This document shows positions 19,392-28,365 of a DNA stretch of 64,000 nucleotides, piece by piece; the first letter of the stretch is position 1; every line of letters begins with the position of its first letter. The stretch lies in assembly GCA_025057615.1 (NCBI GenBank), contig JANXBF010000002.1:16654-80653 (forward strand). Reading direction: 5' to 3'. The notes beneath the pieces were generated by a model that saw only the letters and a program-made list of their open reading frames with translations, was not told where the DNA came from and made no database searches. The DNA comes from Candidatus Calescibacterium sp. (GTDB lineage Bacteria; DRYD01). Both the position numbers and the translations under genes were made by a program.

Positions 19392-20387
19392 ATGGAATCT
19401 GTTACAATTCTATTAATAATAGTTATACTGTTAGCTTGGATTTTCGATTATACTAATGGTTTAAATGATTCCGCAAATGCTATTGCTACTGTTGTTTCAA
19501 CTAGAGTTCTAAAACCTTTTGCTGCTGTTGCTCTGGCAGCAATATTCAACTTTCTTGGTGCTTTTATTACTGTTGAAGTTGCTACGACCATTGGTAAAGG
19601 CATAGTTGATCCTAAGTCAATAGATATATATACCATACTTTCTGCTTTGATTGGTGCTACTTTTTGGAATATTTTTGCAACTTATCTGGGGTTACCTATA
19701 AGTGCCAGTTATTCACTAATTGGTGGTATAGTGGGTGCTTCTATTTCTCATGCTTCATTAAGTGTGGTAAATATGAGTGGCTTGATCTCTAAGTTTATGG
19801 TTCCTTCGATATTGTCTCCTTTTTTGGGTATGTTGGCTGCCATTTTGTTTTTTTCTATTTCTTATTTTGTAGCTTCTTGGTTGAAAGCGACTACAGTAAA
19901 CAGGGTTTTTAGTGTGCTTCAACTTATTTCAGCTTCGTATATGGCTTTCAGTCATGGTTCAAATGATGCTCAAAAAACAATGGGAGTGATTGCTATGGCT
20001 CTGGTGACTGGTGGTATGTTGTCTAATTTTGAGGTTCCTTTTTGGGTAAAATTCAGTGCTGCCTTTTTTATTTCTTTGGGAACTCTTATGGGTGGATGGA
20101 AGGTTATAAAGACTCTGGGTATGAAATTGACAAAATTGAGACCAATAGATGGATTTTCTGCTGAGACTGCCGCTGCCACTACCATAATAACAGCTTCATT
20201 TCTGGGTATGCCCATAAGTACTACATACGTTATAACATCCTCTGTTATGGGAGTTGGAATGTCCAAGAAAATCAATGCAGTAAAATGGAGCCTTTTTTCT
20301 ACAATAATACTGGCTTGGTTATTTACTATTCCAGGTTCTGCTATTGTAGCCTTTGTTTCATACAAATTGATCAAGCTGTTATTTTAA
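19392..20387 (+). CDS. pit: inorganic phosphate transporter, PiT family
   Basis: NGLNDSANAIAT, GLPISAS, HGSNDAQK and GMPISTT motifs. Confidence 0.93.
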   Translation: MESVTILLIIVILLAWIFDYTNGLNDSANAIATVVSTRVLKPFAAVALAAIFNFLGAFITVEVATTIGKGIVDPKSIDIYTILSALIGATFWNIFATYLGLPISASYSLIGGIVGASISHASLSVVNMSGLISKFMVPSILSPFLGMLAAILFFSISYFVASWLKATTVNRVFSVLQLISASYMAFSHGSNDAQKTMGVIAMALVTGGMLSNFEVPFWVKFSAAFFISLGTLMGGWKVIKTLGMKLTKLRPIDGFSAETAAATTIITASFLGMPISTTYVITSSVMGVGMSKKINAVKWSLFSTIILAWLFTIPGSAIVAFVSYKLIKLLF

Positions 20388-20468
20388 TAAATCTTTTACA
20401 ATTTTTTTGTATAATTCATAGGGAATTTCACTATTAAATGCATAAATTTAGATTGGGAGGTTTTGTAT

Positions 20469-21095
20469 ATGTTTCGAGATGTGAATATTGGAAAGTATAT
20501 ACCCTTTTTAAACAGAGAGGTTGAAAACATATCGTCGAGTAATTCTTCAATCCAAAATAATGACAAAAAAATAGATGTTGATGCTATTCTTAGAGATCTT
20601 TATAAAGGTAAGGTTGAAATGACCAGGGATGGGGTTAAAGTTTCTGGTTTTTTTGGAGAGGAAGAGGTGAAAATTTTTGGTGATGATCTTGAGAAGATGC
20701 CTGACCAATCCTTATTCGAAGGTATAATAAAAGGATTATTAGTTGGATTACTTGGTATAAGTTATCCACTTTTCCTTGCTATTGCTAAATCAATTCGAGG
20801 ATATTTTGATGGAGCTGGAGCTGCAATAGGTGTTGGATTGAGTTTAAAAGATAGTATAAAAGCTGGTGGAATTCTTGCTCTTCATGGTGCAGCAAAAGCA
20901 TTACCTCATGGTATTATAGATTTGATTGGTATTATGGCATTCAATGCTGCTTGGCATGCTCTATTTGGAGGACCTGTGTCAATTGGGATTACTGCTCTAG
21001 TTGGGGGTTTTTACAACCTTTTCAAGGATGATTTTAGACATATTTATAAGAGAATCCAGGAGAGAAAGGAAAATTTAGATAGTACCGGAGAGTAG
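20469..21095 (+). CDS. hypothetical Gly/Ala-rich membrane-associated protein
   Basis: GGGAGG RBS 8 nt before the ATG at 20469; hydrophilic N-half and Gly-rich hydrophobic C-half. Confidence 0.7.
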   Translation: MFRDVNIGKYIPFLNREVENISSSNSSIQNNDKKIDVDAILRDLYKGKVEMTRDGVKVSGFFGEEEVKIFGDDLEKMPDQSLFEGIIKGLLVGLLGISYPLFLAIAKSIRGYFDGAGAAIGVGLSLKDSIKAGGILALHGAAKALPHGIIDLIGIMAFNAAWHALFGGPVSIGITALVGGFYNLFKDDFRHIYKRIQERKENLDSTGE

Positions 21096-21544
21096 TGTAA
21101 ATGATAAATAAATTGGGATAAGGATTGTGTGCTCCGAAGTTACCCATAATTTTTCTCAGATTCAGTGGGCAAAGAAAAGATAATTATGTTCTAAAAAAAT
21201 ATTATCCTATTAGTGAGTACGCTGTTTAAATCTATTGATGGGTATAGAAAAATTTATGACTCTGGTAGGAAAGTAGGTTTGGAAGGGTGTAACATTATAA
21301 GATCAGATTTAAGGGGAATTTGGGTAGTGGATAGATTTACTCATCATTTTTGTATTTTATATTACTGCACTAACAGGTATGGGTATGGTTATAGTAGTCC
21401 TTTTGGGTAATGCTATCATAACGGTTTTTGGTGAAAGATTTTGTAACCTGCTGAAAGATGCTTTGAGGAATGATTGGTTAATTTTGGATTATTTATGTGA
21501 AGGTTTTTTGGGGTAAGTTGTAGAATTTAAGAAAAGAAAGGGTA

Positions 21545-21619
21545 CGGGGTGTAGCTCAGCCTGGCTAGAGCGCGTGCCTTGGGAGCACGAGGTCCGCGGT
21601 TCAAGTCCGCGCACCCCGA
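21545..21619 (+). tRNA. tRNA-Pro(TGG)
   Basis: CGGGGTG/CACCCCG acceptor stem, CGTGC-CT-TGG-GA-GCACG anticodon arm, GGTTCAAGTCC; CCA not encoded. Confidence 0.95.
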
Positions 21620-21628
21620 TAATAATAA

Positions 21629-22183
21629 ATGAAAATCAAAACCACTTTTGTTTCTTCCTCGTTTGAAAATAATGTTTATCCCAAAGGTATAGCTTGTGTT
21701 CAATGTACCGTTCAAACCAAAGATTCAGAAGTATCCTTTATGTTTATTAGAAAGGCCGATGAAAATACCGTGGAATCGTTTGTTGAAAATGATAATATTT
21801 GTCAAAAATTTGCTATTCAAAAGACGTTGAAAATCATTAAGTACATAGAAAACTATGGTTTTGATGAATTATCCGAAATTCCTCAATATACTGAAGTCAA
21901 TTATCGTAATGATATAGGTTATCGTAAAGAAGAAAAAAAGAATATTTCTTATAAACAAAAAGTTATTGAACTTGTAAATTTGTTAGATTGGAGTATTGAA
22001 AAGTTATCCAAATTTGTTCAAAAGTATAGCAAGAAAAAGTTGAGTGAGCTGACAGAAAATGAATGGGCAAGAATTTATGATTATCTTTCTAAAATGAATA
22101 CGACGTATAATGTAAATAATGAAAAAATTGATGATGTAGAATCTGAAATTATAAAACCTGAAGAATGGGAAGAAATAATATAG
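21629..22183 (+). CDS. hypothetical protein
   Basis: 184-aa ORF abutting the downstream ABC ATPase; C-terminal helical motif KKLSELTENEWARIYDYL. Confidence 0.65.
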   Translation: MKIKTTFVSSSFENNVYPKGIACVQCTVQTKDSEVSFMFIRKADENTVESFVENDNICQKFAIQKTLKIIKYIENYGFDELSEIPQYTEVNYRNDIGYRKEEKKNISYKQKVIELVNLLDWSIEKLSKFVQKYSKKKLSELTENEWARIYDYLSKMNTTYNVNNEKIDDVESEIIKPEEWEEII

Positions 22184-22909
22184 ATGCTTGAGATTCAGGA
22201 TATTCACAAAACCTATAGAAAAGGTAATCAAATCATAAATGCTCTTAGGGGTTTGAGCTTTGTGATTAATGAAAATGAATCTTTTGCTCTCATTGGTCCA
22301 AACGGTGCTGGTAAAACTACAACTATAAAAGCGATTCTTAATTTGATAAAAATTGATAAGGGGAAAATATTAATTAATGGAGTTGATGCTACTCTTGACG
22401 AGAATAGAAAATTAATAGGTTACGCTCCTGAGATACCATATTATCCTACTCATATGCCAGCAATAAACTTACTTAAAGTATATCTTGATATATACGGAAA
22501 AAATATATCTTATGATAAAATAGAATATTACTTTGAACTTGTTAACCTGAAGAAATTCATTAATTCTCCTTTGTCTAATTATTCTAAAGGTATGTTGCAA
22601 AGATTTAGTATTTTGCAGGCTATTATTGTTGAACCCAAATTACTTATATTGGATGAGCTAACCAGTGGGCTTGACCCAATAGGACAATATGAGATAATTG
22701 AGATAGTTAAAAGTTTAAAGCAAAAAACTACTATACTATTTACTTCTCATAATTTGGCAGAAATAGAACAAATATGTGACAAAGTGATGATAATAAACAA
22801 AGGGCGTGGAATCTTTTATGGTTCCATATCAGACCTGAAAAACCAGTTTGGTAAAGATCTATACAGAATATTTTTTGAATTGATTATGAATGATAATAAA
22901 ATGGAGTGA
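22184..22909 (+). CDS. ABC transporter ATP-binding protein (ABC-2 type)
   Basis: GPNGAGKTT, YSKGMLQR, LLILDE, SGLDP and H-loop SHNL. Confidence 0.93.
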   Translation: MLEIQDIHKTYRKGNQIINALRGLSFVINENESFALIGPNGAGKTTTIKAILNLIKIDKGKILINGVDATLDENRKLIGYAPEIPYYPTHMPAINLLKVYLDIYGKNISYDKIEYYFELVNLKKFINSPLSNYSKGMLQRFSILQAIIVEPKLLILDELTSGLDPIGQYEIIEIVKSLKQKTTILFTSHNLAEIEQICDKVMIINKGRGIFYGSISDLKNQFGKDLYRIFFELIMNDNKME

Positions 22910-22915
22910 TATATT

Positions 22916-24853
22916 ATGGAAATGAATCTTGAGAATCTTAAAATTGTTTATACTCCCGCTGAGGAGGACATATTTAATTCAAATATCTATAGAATTTTGA
23001 AAGAAGAAAATATTAACTATCAGGAATTTTATGAAAAGTCTATAAAAGATGAGGATTGGTTTTGGAAAAGGTTTTTTAATGATATTCAGTTTAAATGGAT
23101 CAAGTATCCCGATAAGATAGTTGAGAAAGATGGTTTAAATACAAAATGGTTTTTGGGTGGAATTCTTAACATATCATCCAATTGTTTGGATGCTCCAAAG
23201 GAAAAAATTGCTGTTATTGATGTTGATGAGAATTTGAATGAAGTTATTATTTCCTATGGTCAATTGGAGATTATGGTTAATAAGTTGGCTAATTTTTTGG
23301 CTAATAGTGGCATAGGTGTTGGAGATAGGGTGGCTCTGTATATGCCTCTCTGTTATGAGAGTGTTGTTTGTTTTCTTGCTATTGCAAGAATTGGAGCTAT
23401 TGTTGTCCCTCTTTTCTCTGGATTTGGTAAGGATTCTATTAATATTAGACTTAAAGCTTCAAAATCAAAAATGGTCATATCTTTTACTTCTAATCTTAGA
23501 AGAGGTAAGCTAATCGATATGAAAAATATTCTCTTTTCTGCAATTGATGATACATTTGTTGAAAAAATATTATTTATAGATAGGTATGATGATTATGGTA
23601 AATATCAGAGATATGATAAGGTTAAAATATATTACTATGATGAAATTGAGGATTGTGCTTCAAATATAAAGGTTCCATACTTCAGTTCTGATCATCCTTT
23701 AATGATAATATATACTTCTGGAACTACCGGTTTACCTAAAGGGATTTTACATTTTCATGCTGGTTTTCCTATAAAGGCCTCTCAGGATATGTTCCATGTT
23801 TTTGATATTAAACAGAATGATGTGGTAACATGGATAACTGACATAGGTTGGATGATGGGACCTTGGTTGATTTATGGAACTCTTATAAATAGAGCAACTA
23901 TATTTATTTATAATGGTTCTCCTGATTATCCTGATGTTGATATTATTTGGAAGTTGGTTGATAAATATGGGGTTACCTGTGTTGGATTGTCTCCTTCGTA
24001 TGTGAGAGCTATTTCTACCAGATCACAGGTTGAAAGAATGGAATTGAATTCTCTTAGGATGGTAGGTTCTACTGGTGAGGTTTGGGATGAGCATCATTGG
24101 AATTGGGTTTTCCAAAAAGTTTGCAAAAACAAAAAACCTATAATAAACTATTCTGGTGGTACTGAAATAAGCGGCGGTATACTGGGAAATGTAATCGTTA
24201 AACCTATAAAGCCTTTATCTTTTAATACAGTTGTTCCAGGAATAGAGGCTGATGTTCTTGACGATAGTGGTAAAAGTGTAAGGGGTGAAGTTGGGTATTT
24301 ATGTGTTAAGAATCATAATCCTGGTATGGCTACAACATTTTTGGATGATCATCAGAGGTATATAGATACTTATTGGTCAAGATTTGAGAATGTATGGTTC
24401 CATGGAGATTTGGCATATGTCGATAAAGACGATTTTTACTACATTCTTGGTAGGGCCGACGATACTTTAAAGATAGCTGGTAAGAGGATAGGCCCTGCAG
24501 AATACGAAACTATAATAAATGACATTGAAGGTGTAAGGGAGTCTGCGGTAGTTGGTGCACCCGACGAATTGAAAGGTATGGTTCCTGTGGCTTTTGTTGT
24601 TATTGATAGTCATTCAGAAGATGACATAAAGAAGCAGATAATATCAAAAATTATTGAGATGCTAGGTAAACCATTTGCTCTCAAAGATGTATTTTTTGTG
24701 GAGGATTTGCCAAAAACCAGAAACTTTAAAATAATGAGAAGAATATTAAGGGATATAGTGGTTTATGGTTATATAAAAGGAGATACCAGTAATTTGGTTA
24801 ATCCAGAAGTTTGTGAAAAGATAATAAATAAGGTTAAAAGGGTGAGCTTATGA
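22916..24853 (+). CDS. acetyl-CoA synthetase-like AMP-forming acyl-CoA ligase
   Basis: YTSGTTGLPKG, DIGWMMG, SGGTE, GRADD and LPKTRNFKIMRR motifs. Confidence 0.9.
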   Translation: MEMNLENLKIVYTPAEEDIFNSNIYRILKEENINYQEFYEKSIKDEDWFWKRFFNDIQFKWIKYPDKIVEKDGLNTKWFLGGILNISSNCLDAPKEKIAVIDVDENLNEVIISYGQLEIMVNKLANFLANSGIGVGDRVALYMPLCYESVVCFLAIARIGAIVVPLFSGFGKDSINIRLKASKSKMVISFTSNLRRGKLIDMKNILFSAIDDTFVEKILFIDRYDDYGKYQRYDKVKIYYYDEIEDCASNIKVPYFSSDHPLMIIYTSGTTGLPKGILHFHAGFPIKASQDMFHVFDIKQNDVVTWITDIGWMMGPWLIYGTLINRATIFIYNGSPDYPDVDIIWKLVDKYGVTCVGLSPSYVRAISTRSQVERMELNSLRMVGSTGEVWDEHHWNWVFQKVCKNKKPIINYSGGTEISGGILGNVIVKPIKPLSFNTVVPGIEADVLDDSGKSVRGEVGYLCVKNHNPGMATTFLDDHQRYIDTYWSRFENVWFHGDLAYVDKDDFYYILGRADDTLKIAGKRIGPAEYETIINDIEGVRESAVVGAPDELKGMVPVAFVVIDSHSEDDIKKQIISKIIEMLGKPFALKDVFFVEDLPKTRNFKIMRRILRDIVVYGYIKGDTSNLVNPEVCEKIINKVKRVSL

Positions 24854-27300
24854 AAACATTGAATTTTCAAGAGATAGAGCGTAAGTGGCAGAAATATTGG
24901 GAAGACAACCAGATATATAAAGCTGTGTTTGATAAAACCAAACCCAAATATTATGTTTTGGAGATGTTTCCCTATCCCAGTGGTCAGCTTCATATGGGTC
25001 ACGCCAGGAATTATTGTATAGGTGATGCCATTGCAAGGTATTACTTATTAAAGGGGTATAATGTTTTGCATCCGATAGGGTGGGATGCTTTTGGGCTACC
25101 TGCTGAAAACGCCGCTATAAAGCATAAAATACATCCAAAGAAGTGGACAGACAACAATATAGAAAATATGAGAAAGCAACTCAAACAGTTGGGTATATCC
25201 TATGACTGGTCAAGAGAGATTAATACTTCTCTACCAGAGTATTATAAATTCACACAATGGATGTTTCTAAAACTGTATGAAAATGACATGGTTTATAGGA
25301 AAAAAGGAATAGTAAACTGGTGTGCTTATTGTAATACCGTTTTAGCAAATGAGCAAGTTATTGATGGAAAATGTTGGAGATGTCACAATATTGTTGGTAA
25401 AAAAGAACTTGAACAGTGGTATGTGAGAATAACCAAGTATGCTGATAGTCTTCTATCTGAGCTGGATAGTTTGGAAGGTTGGAGCGATTATGTTAAACAA
25501 ATGCAACGCAATTGGATAGGTAAAAGTAGTGGTGCAAAAATAAACTTTAGGGTTCCTGAGTTGAACGAATTTTTAGAGGTTTTTACAACCAGAGCTGATA
25601 CTTTACCAGGTGTTACTTTCATATCTATTGCTCCCGAACATCCGATGGTCAGAAAAATTTTGGAAAAAAATAGTAATCCTGAATTGGATTTATACCTTCG
25701 AAGATCAATGTCTTTAACTACCACTGAAAGAACAAAAGAAAAAACAGGGGTATTTACAGGACTCTATGCTGAGAACCCTTTAAATGGTAATTTAATTCCT
25801 ATTTGGGTTGCTAATTATGTTTTAGTTGATTATGCCACGGGTGCAGTTATGGGGGTTCCTGCCCATGACCAAAGGGATTATGAATTTGCTAAAGTTTATA
25901 ATCTACCTATAATTCCTGTTATTATGCCTGAGTATGAAGTAGAAAATGCTGCTTATGAGGAAAGCAAAGGAAAGATGTTTAATGTTGGTTTTGTTGGCGG
26001 TATTTTAGTTGATGGCATGGATTGCAACGATTTTAGAAAATTTGTTGTAAAGTATTTAGAATCAAGAGGAATTGCTAAAGAAGACATAAATTACAGATTA
26101 AAGGATTGGTTGATTTCCCGGCAGAGATATTGGGGAGCACCTATTCCGATAGTTTACTGTGATTCTTGTGGTGTTGTTCCAGTACCATTTGAAGATTTGC
26201 CTGTTATGTTACCAGATGATATAGAGATAACTGGAAAAGGTGATTCTCCTTTGGCTTACTCTTCTGAATTTGTTAATACCTTGTGTCCAAAATGTAAGGG
26301 GAAAGCTAAGAGAGAAACAGATACAATGGACACTTTCGTTTGCTCAAGTTGGTATTTTTGGAGATATACGAGTCCTAATGAGACAGATAAACCATTCGAT
26401 CCTGAAGAATTGGGTTATTGGATGCCCGTCGATCAATATATAGGTGGGATAGAACATGCTGTTATGCATCTGTTATATTCTCGTTTTATGAGCCACTTTC
26501 TGTATGATTTGGGAGTTGTTCCTACTAAGGAGCCATTCAAAAATTTGCTTAATCAGGGAATGGTATGCAAAGATGGTAAGGCTATGTCTAAATCTCTTGG
26601 GAATATAGTTTCTATTGAAGAAATTATTGAGAAGTATGGTGCAGATACTGGAAGAGTATTTGAATTGTTTGTTGCTCCTCCAGAAAAAGATATAGAATGG
26701 TCAGATAATGGTATAGAAGGTGTACATAGATTTTTAAACAGATATTTTAAGTATTGTATTGAATTAATAAATAGTGAAGTTTATAATCATGATCAAGAAG
26801 TTGATCATAAAAGGATATTAAATAAAGTATATAAATCTCTGTATAAGATAACGGAAGAATTCGAAACGCAGAGATATCATTTCAATACTTCTATAGCATC
26901 ACTTATGGAAATGTTGAATTACTTAGAGGATAATAAAGATAGTGTTAGAAGATTGAATATTAAGCATAAGGAAATATTGATAAATATATTGATAAAGGTG
27001 TTAGCTCCGTTTGCACCCCACATAGCTGAAGAGCTATGGAGTTTATGGGGTAAGAAAGATAGTGTTTTTAAGGACAAGTGGCCAGATATAAATACAGAGT
27101 ATCTTGTAGAAGAAAAGATAACTATTCCTGTTCAGATTAATGGTAAATTGAGAGGACAAATTGAAATAGAAAATAACGCAGAAATAGACCAAATAATGGA
27201 TTGTATAAAAATGGACCATAAAATTTACAAGCATATAAGTGATAAGACAATAAAAAATATTATTTTTGTAAAGAATAAAATAGTAAATATAATTGTCTAG
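24850..27300 (+). CDS. leuS: leucine--tRNA ligase
   Basis: MFPYPSGQLHMGH, GWDAFGLPAENAA, FTTRADT editing domain, SRQRYWGAPIP and AMSKS. Confidence 0.98.
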   Translation: MKTLNFQEIERKWQKYWEDNQIYKAVFDKTKPKYYVLEMFPYPSGQLHMGHARNYCIGDAIARYYLLKGYNVLHPIGWDAFGLPAENAAIKHKIHPKKWTDNNIENMRKQLKQLGISYDWSREINTSLPEYYKFTQWMFLKLYENDMVYRKKGIVNWCAYCNTVLANEQVIDGKCWRCHNIVGKKELEQWYVRITKYADSLLSELDSLEGWSDYVKQMQRNWIGKSSGAKINFRVPELNEFLEVFTTRADTLPGVTFISIAPEHPMVRKILEKNSNPELDLYLRRSMSLTTTERTKEKTGVFTGLYAENPLNGNLIPIWVANYVLVDYATGAVMGVPAHDQRDYEFAKVYNLPIIPVIMPEYEVENAAYEESKGKMFNVGFVGGILVDGMDCNDFRKFVVKYLESRGIAKEDINYRLKDWLISRQRYWGAPIPIVYCDSCGVVPVPFEDLPVMLPDDIEITGKGDSPLAYSSEFVNTLCPKCKGKAKRETDTMDTFVCSSWYFWRYTSPNETDKPFDPEELGYWMPVDQYIGGIEHAVMHLLYSRFMSHFLYDLGVVPTKEPFKNLLNQGMVCKDGKAMSKSLGNIVSIEEIIEKYGADTGRVFELFVAPPEKDIEWSDNGIEGVHRFLNRYFKYCIELINSEVYNHDQEVDHKRILNKVYKSLYKITEEFETQRYHFNTSIASLMEMLNYLEDNKDSVRRLNIKHKEILINILIKVLAPFAPHIAEELWSLWGKKDSVFKDKWPDINTEYLVEEKITIPVQINGKLRGQIEIENNAEIDQIMDCIKMDHKIYKHISDKTIKNIIFVKNKIVNIIV

Positions 27301-28363
27301 ATTGGAAAGGAAATTTTTGGTGTCAAAGGAAAAATTTTTAAACCAAGCTACTTCAGTAGATAACATAGAAAAATTCTTAGAAATTTTAGGAAAATTTTAT
27401 ATAATGTTTGACCAAAATAAGATAACATATAATGAAGATGTTTTCAGGGATGTTTTTCTACCAAATGATTTTATTAAATCTTTGATTGATAAAGTTAGAA
27501 ATTTCTATTTTACTAATATCGAAAATATTGATAAAATAAATACTGCAATTATTACCACTTCTTTGCATGGGAGAGAAATGAATTTAGAATTCATCATAAT
27601 CAATAAAGATAATAAATACTTTTTTGTTCTTTCGAATGATAGCTATATTCGCTATGAATTTTTTAGAACTAATATTTTAAACACTCTTTCTCATGAACTT
27701 AAAACTCCTTTGACGATAATAAAGGGATATGTACAGTATGTTATGAAATCTTTACCAGAGAGGAATGCTCTTATGAACATTATGTCCGTTATTTTGAATG
27801 AGACTTATAGATTGGAAGAAATAATATCTGAGTTAATAGAAGTTTCAAAATTTTACTCAAATTCGGTCATTATTAAAAAGGATATCTTTTCTGTTAATAG
27901 TTTGATTAATATGGTTATAAATAAGTTTGAGCCTAAGATTAAGTCTAAGGGAGTTTCTATGTCTGTGGAAATACAGAATAATGATTTTGAAGTAGTTGCG
28001 GATTTTGAAAAGATGAGATATGTTATTTCTGAATTAATAGAGAATTCCATAAAATATGGTAAAGATAAGATTTTTTTGAGATGTTTTGAAAATACAGAAG
28101 GTTTTTATTTTGAAATTATTGATAATGGTAAAGGAATGTCAAAAGAAATTATCAAAAACTTATTTAACTTGTTTATTAGGACGGAGAATGAGCTTAACAG
28201 AAAGATATATGGGCTTGGTGTAGGATTGTTTCTTGTTAAAAAGATAGTTGAAGCTCATGGAGGAGAAATATACATTAAATCTAAGCTTAATAAAGGAACC
28301 AGAGTGATGATATTTATACCGAGGACTTTTTCTGCAGCTGGTAGCCTATTTGCAGGTGAGTGA
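27293..28363 (+). CDS. cytoplasmic sensor histidine kinase
   Basis: H-box SHELKTPL, N-box ELIENSIKY, DNGKG and GLGVGL; no TM segment. Confidence 0.9.
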   Translation: MSRLERKFLVSKEKFLNQATSVDNIEKFLEILGKFYIMFDQNKITYNEDVFRDVFLPNDFIKSLIDKVRNFYFTNIENIDKINTAIITTSLHGREMNLEFIIINKDNKYFFVLSNDSYIRYEFFRTNILNTLSHELKTPLTIIKGYVQYVMKSLPERNALMNIMSVILNETYRLEEIISELIEVSKFYSNSVIIKKDIFSVNSLINMVINKFEPKIKSKGVSMSVEIQNNDFEVVADFEKMRYVISELIENSIKYGKDKIFLRCFENTEGFYFEIIDNGKGMSKEIIKNLFNLFIRTENELNRKIYGLGVGLFLVKKIVEAHGGEIYIKSKLNKGTRVMIFIPRTFSAAGSLFAGE

Positions 28364-28365
28364 TT

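Noticed and set aside
3609-21619. tRNAs as integration sites for a prophage or island
   Set aside because: I saw no integrase, no duplicated tRNA 3' end and no phage genes.
21527-21715. 62-aa minus-strand ORF
   Set aside because: Antisense to tRNA-Pro; the translation is the typical tRNA-complement artefact.
22181-22186. In-frame TAG-ATG junction suggesting stop-codon recoding
   Set aside because: TAG, TAA and TGA all terminate full-length conserved genes in this window, and the downstream ABC ATPase is complete by itself.
26575-26600. LeuRS AMSKS in place of KMSKS
   Set aside because: The catalytic second Lys is retained; variation at the first position is not unusual in class I synthetases.
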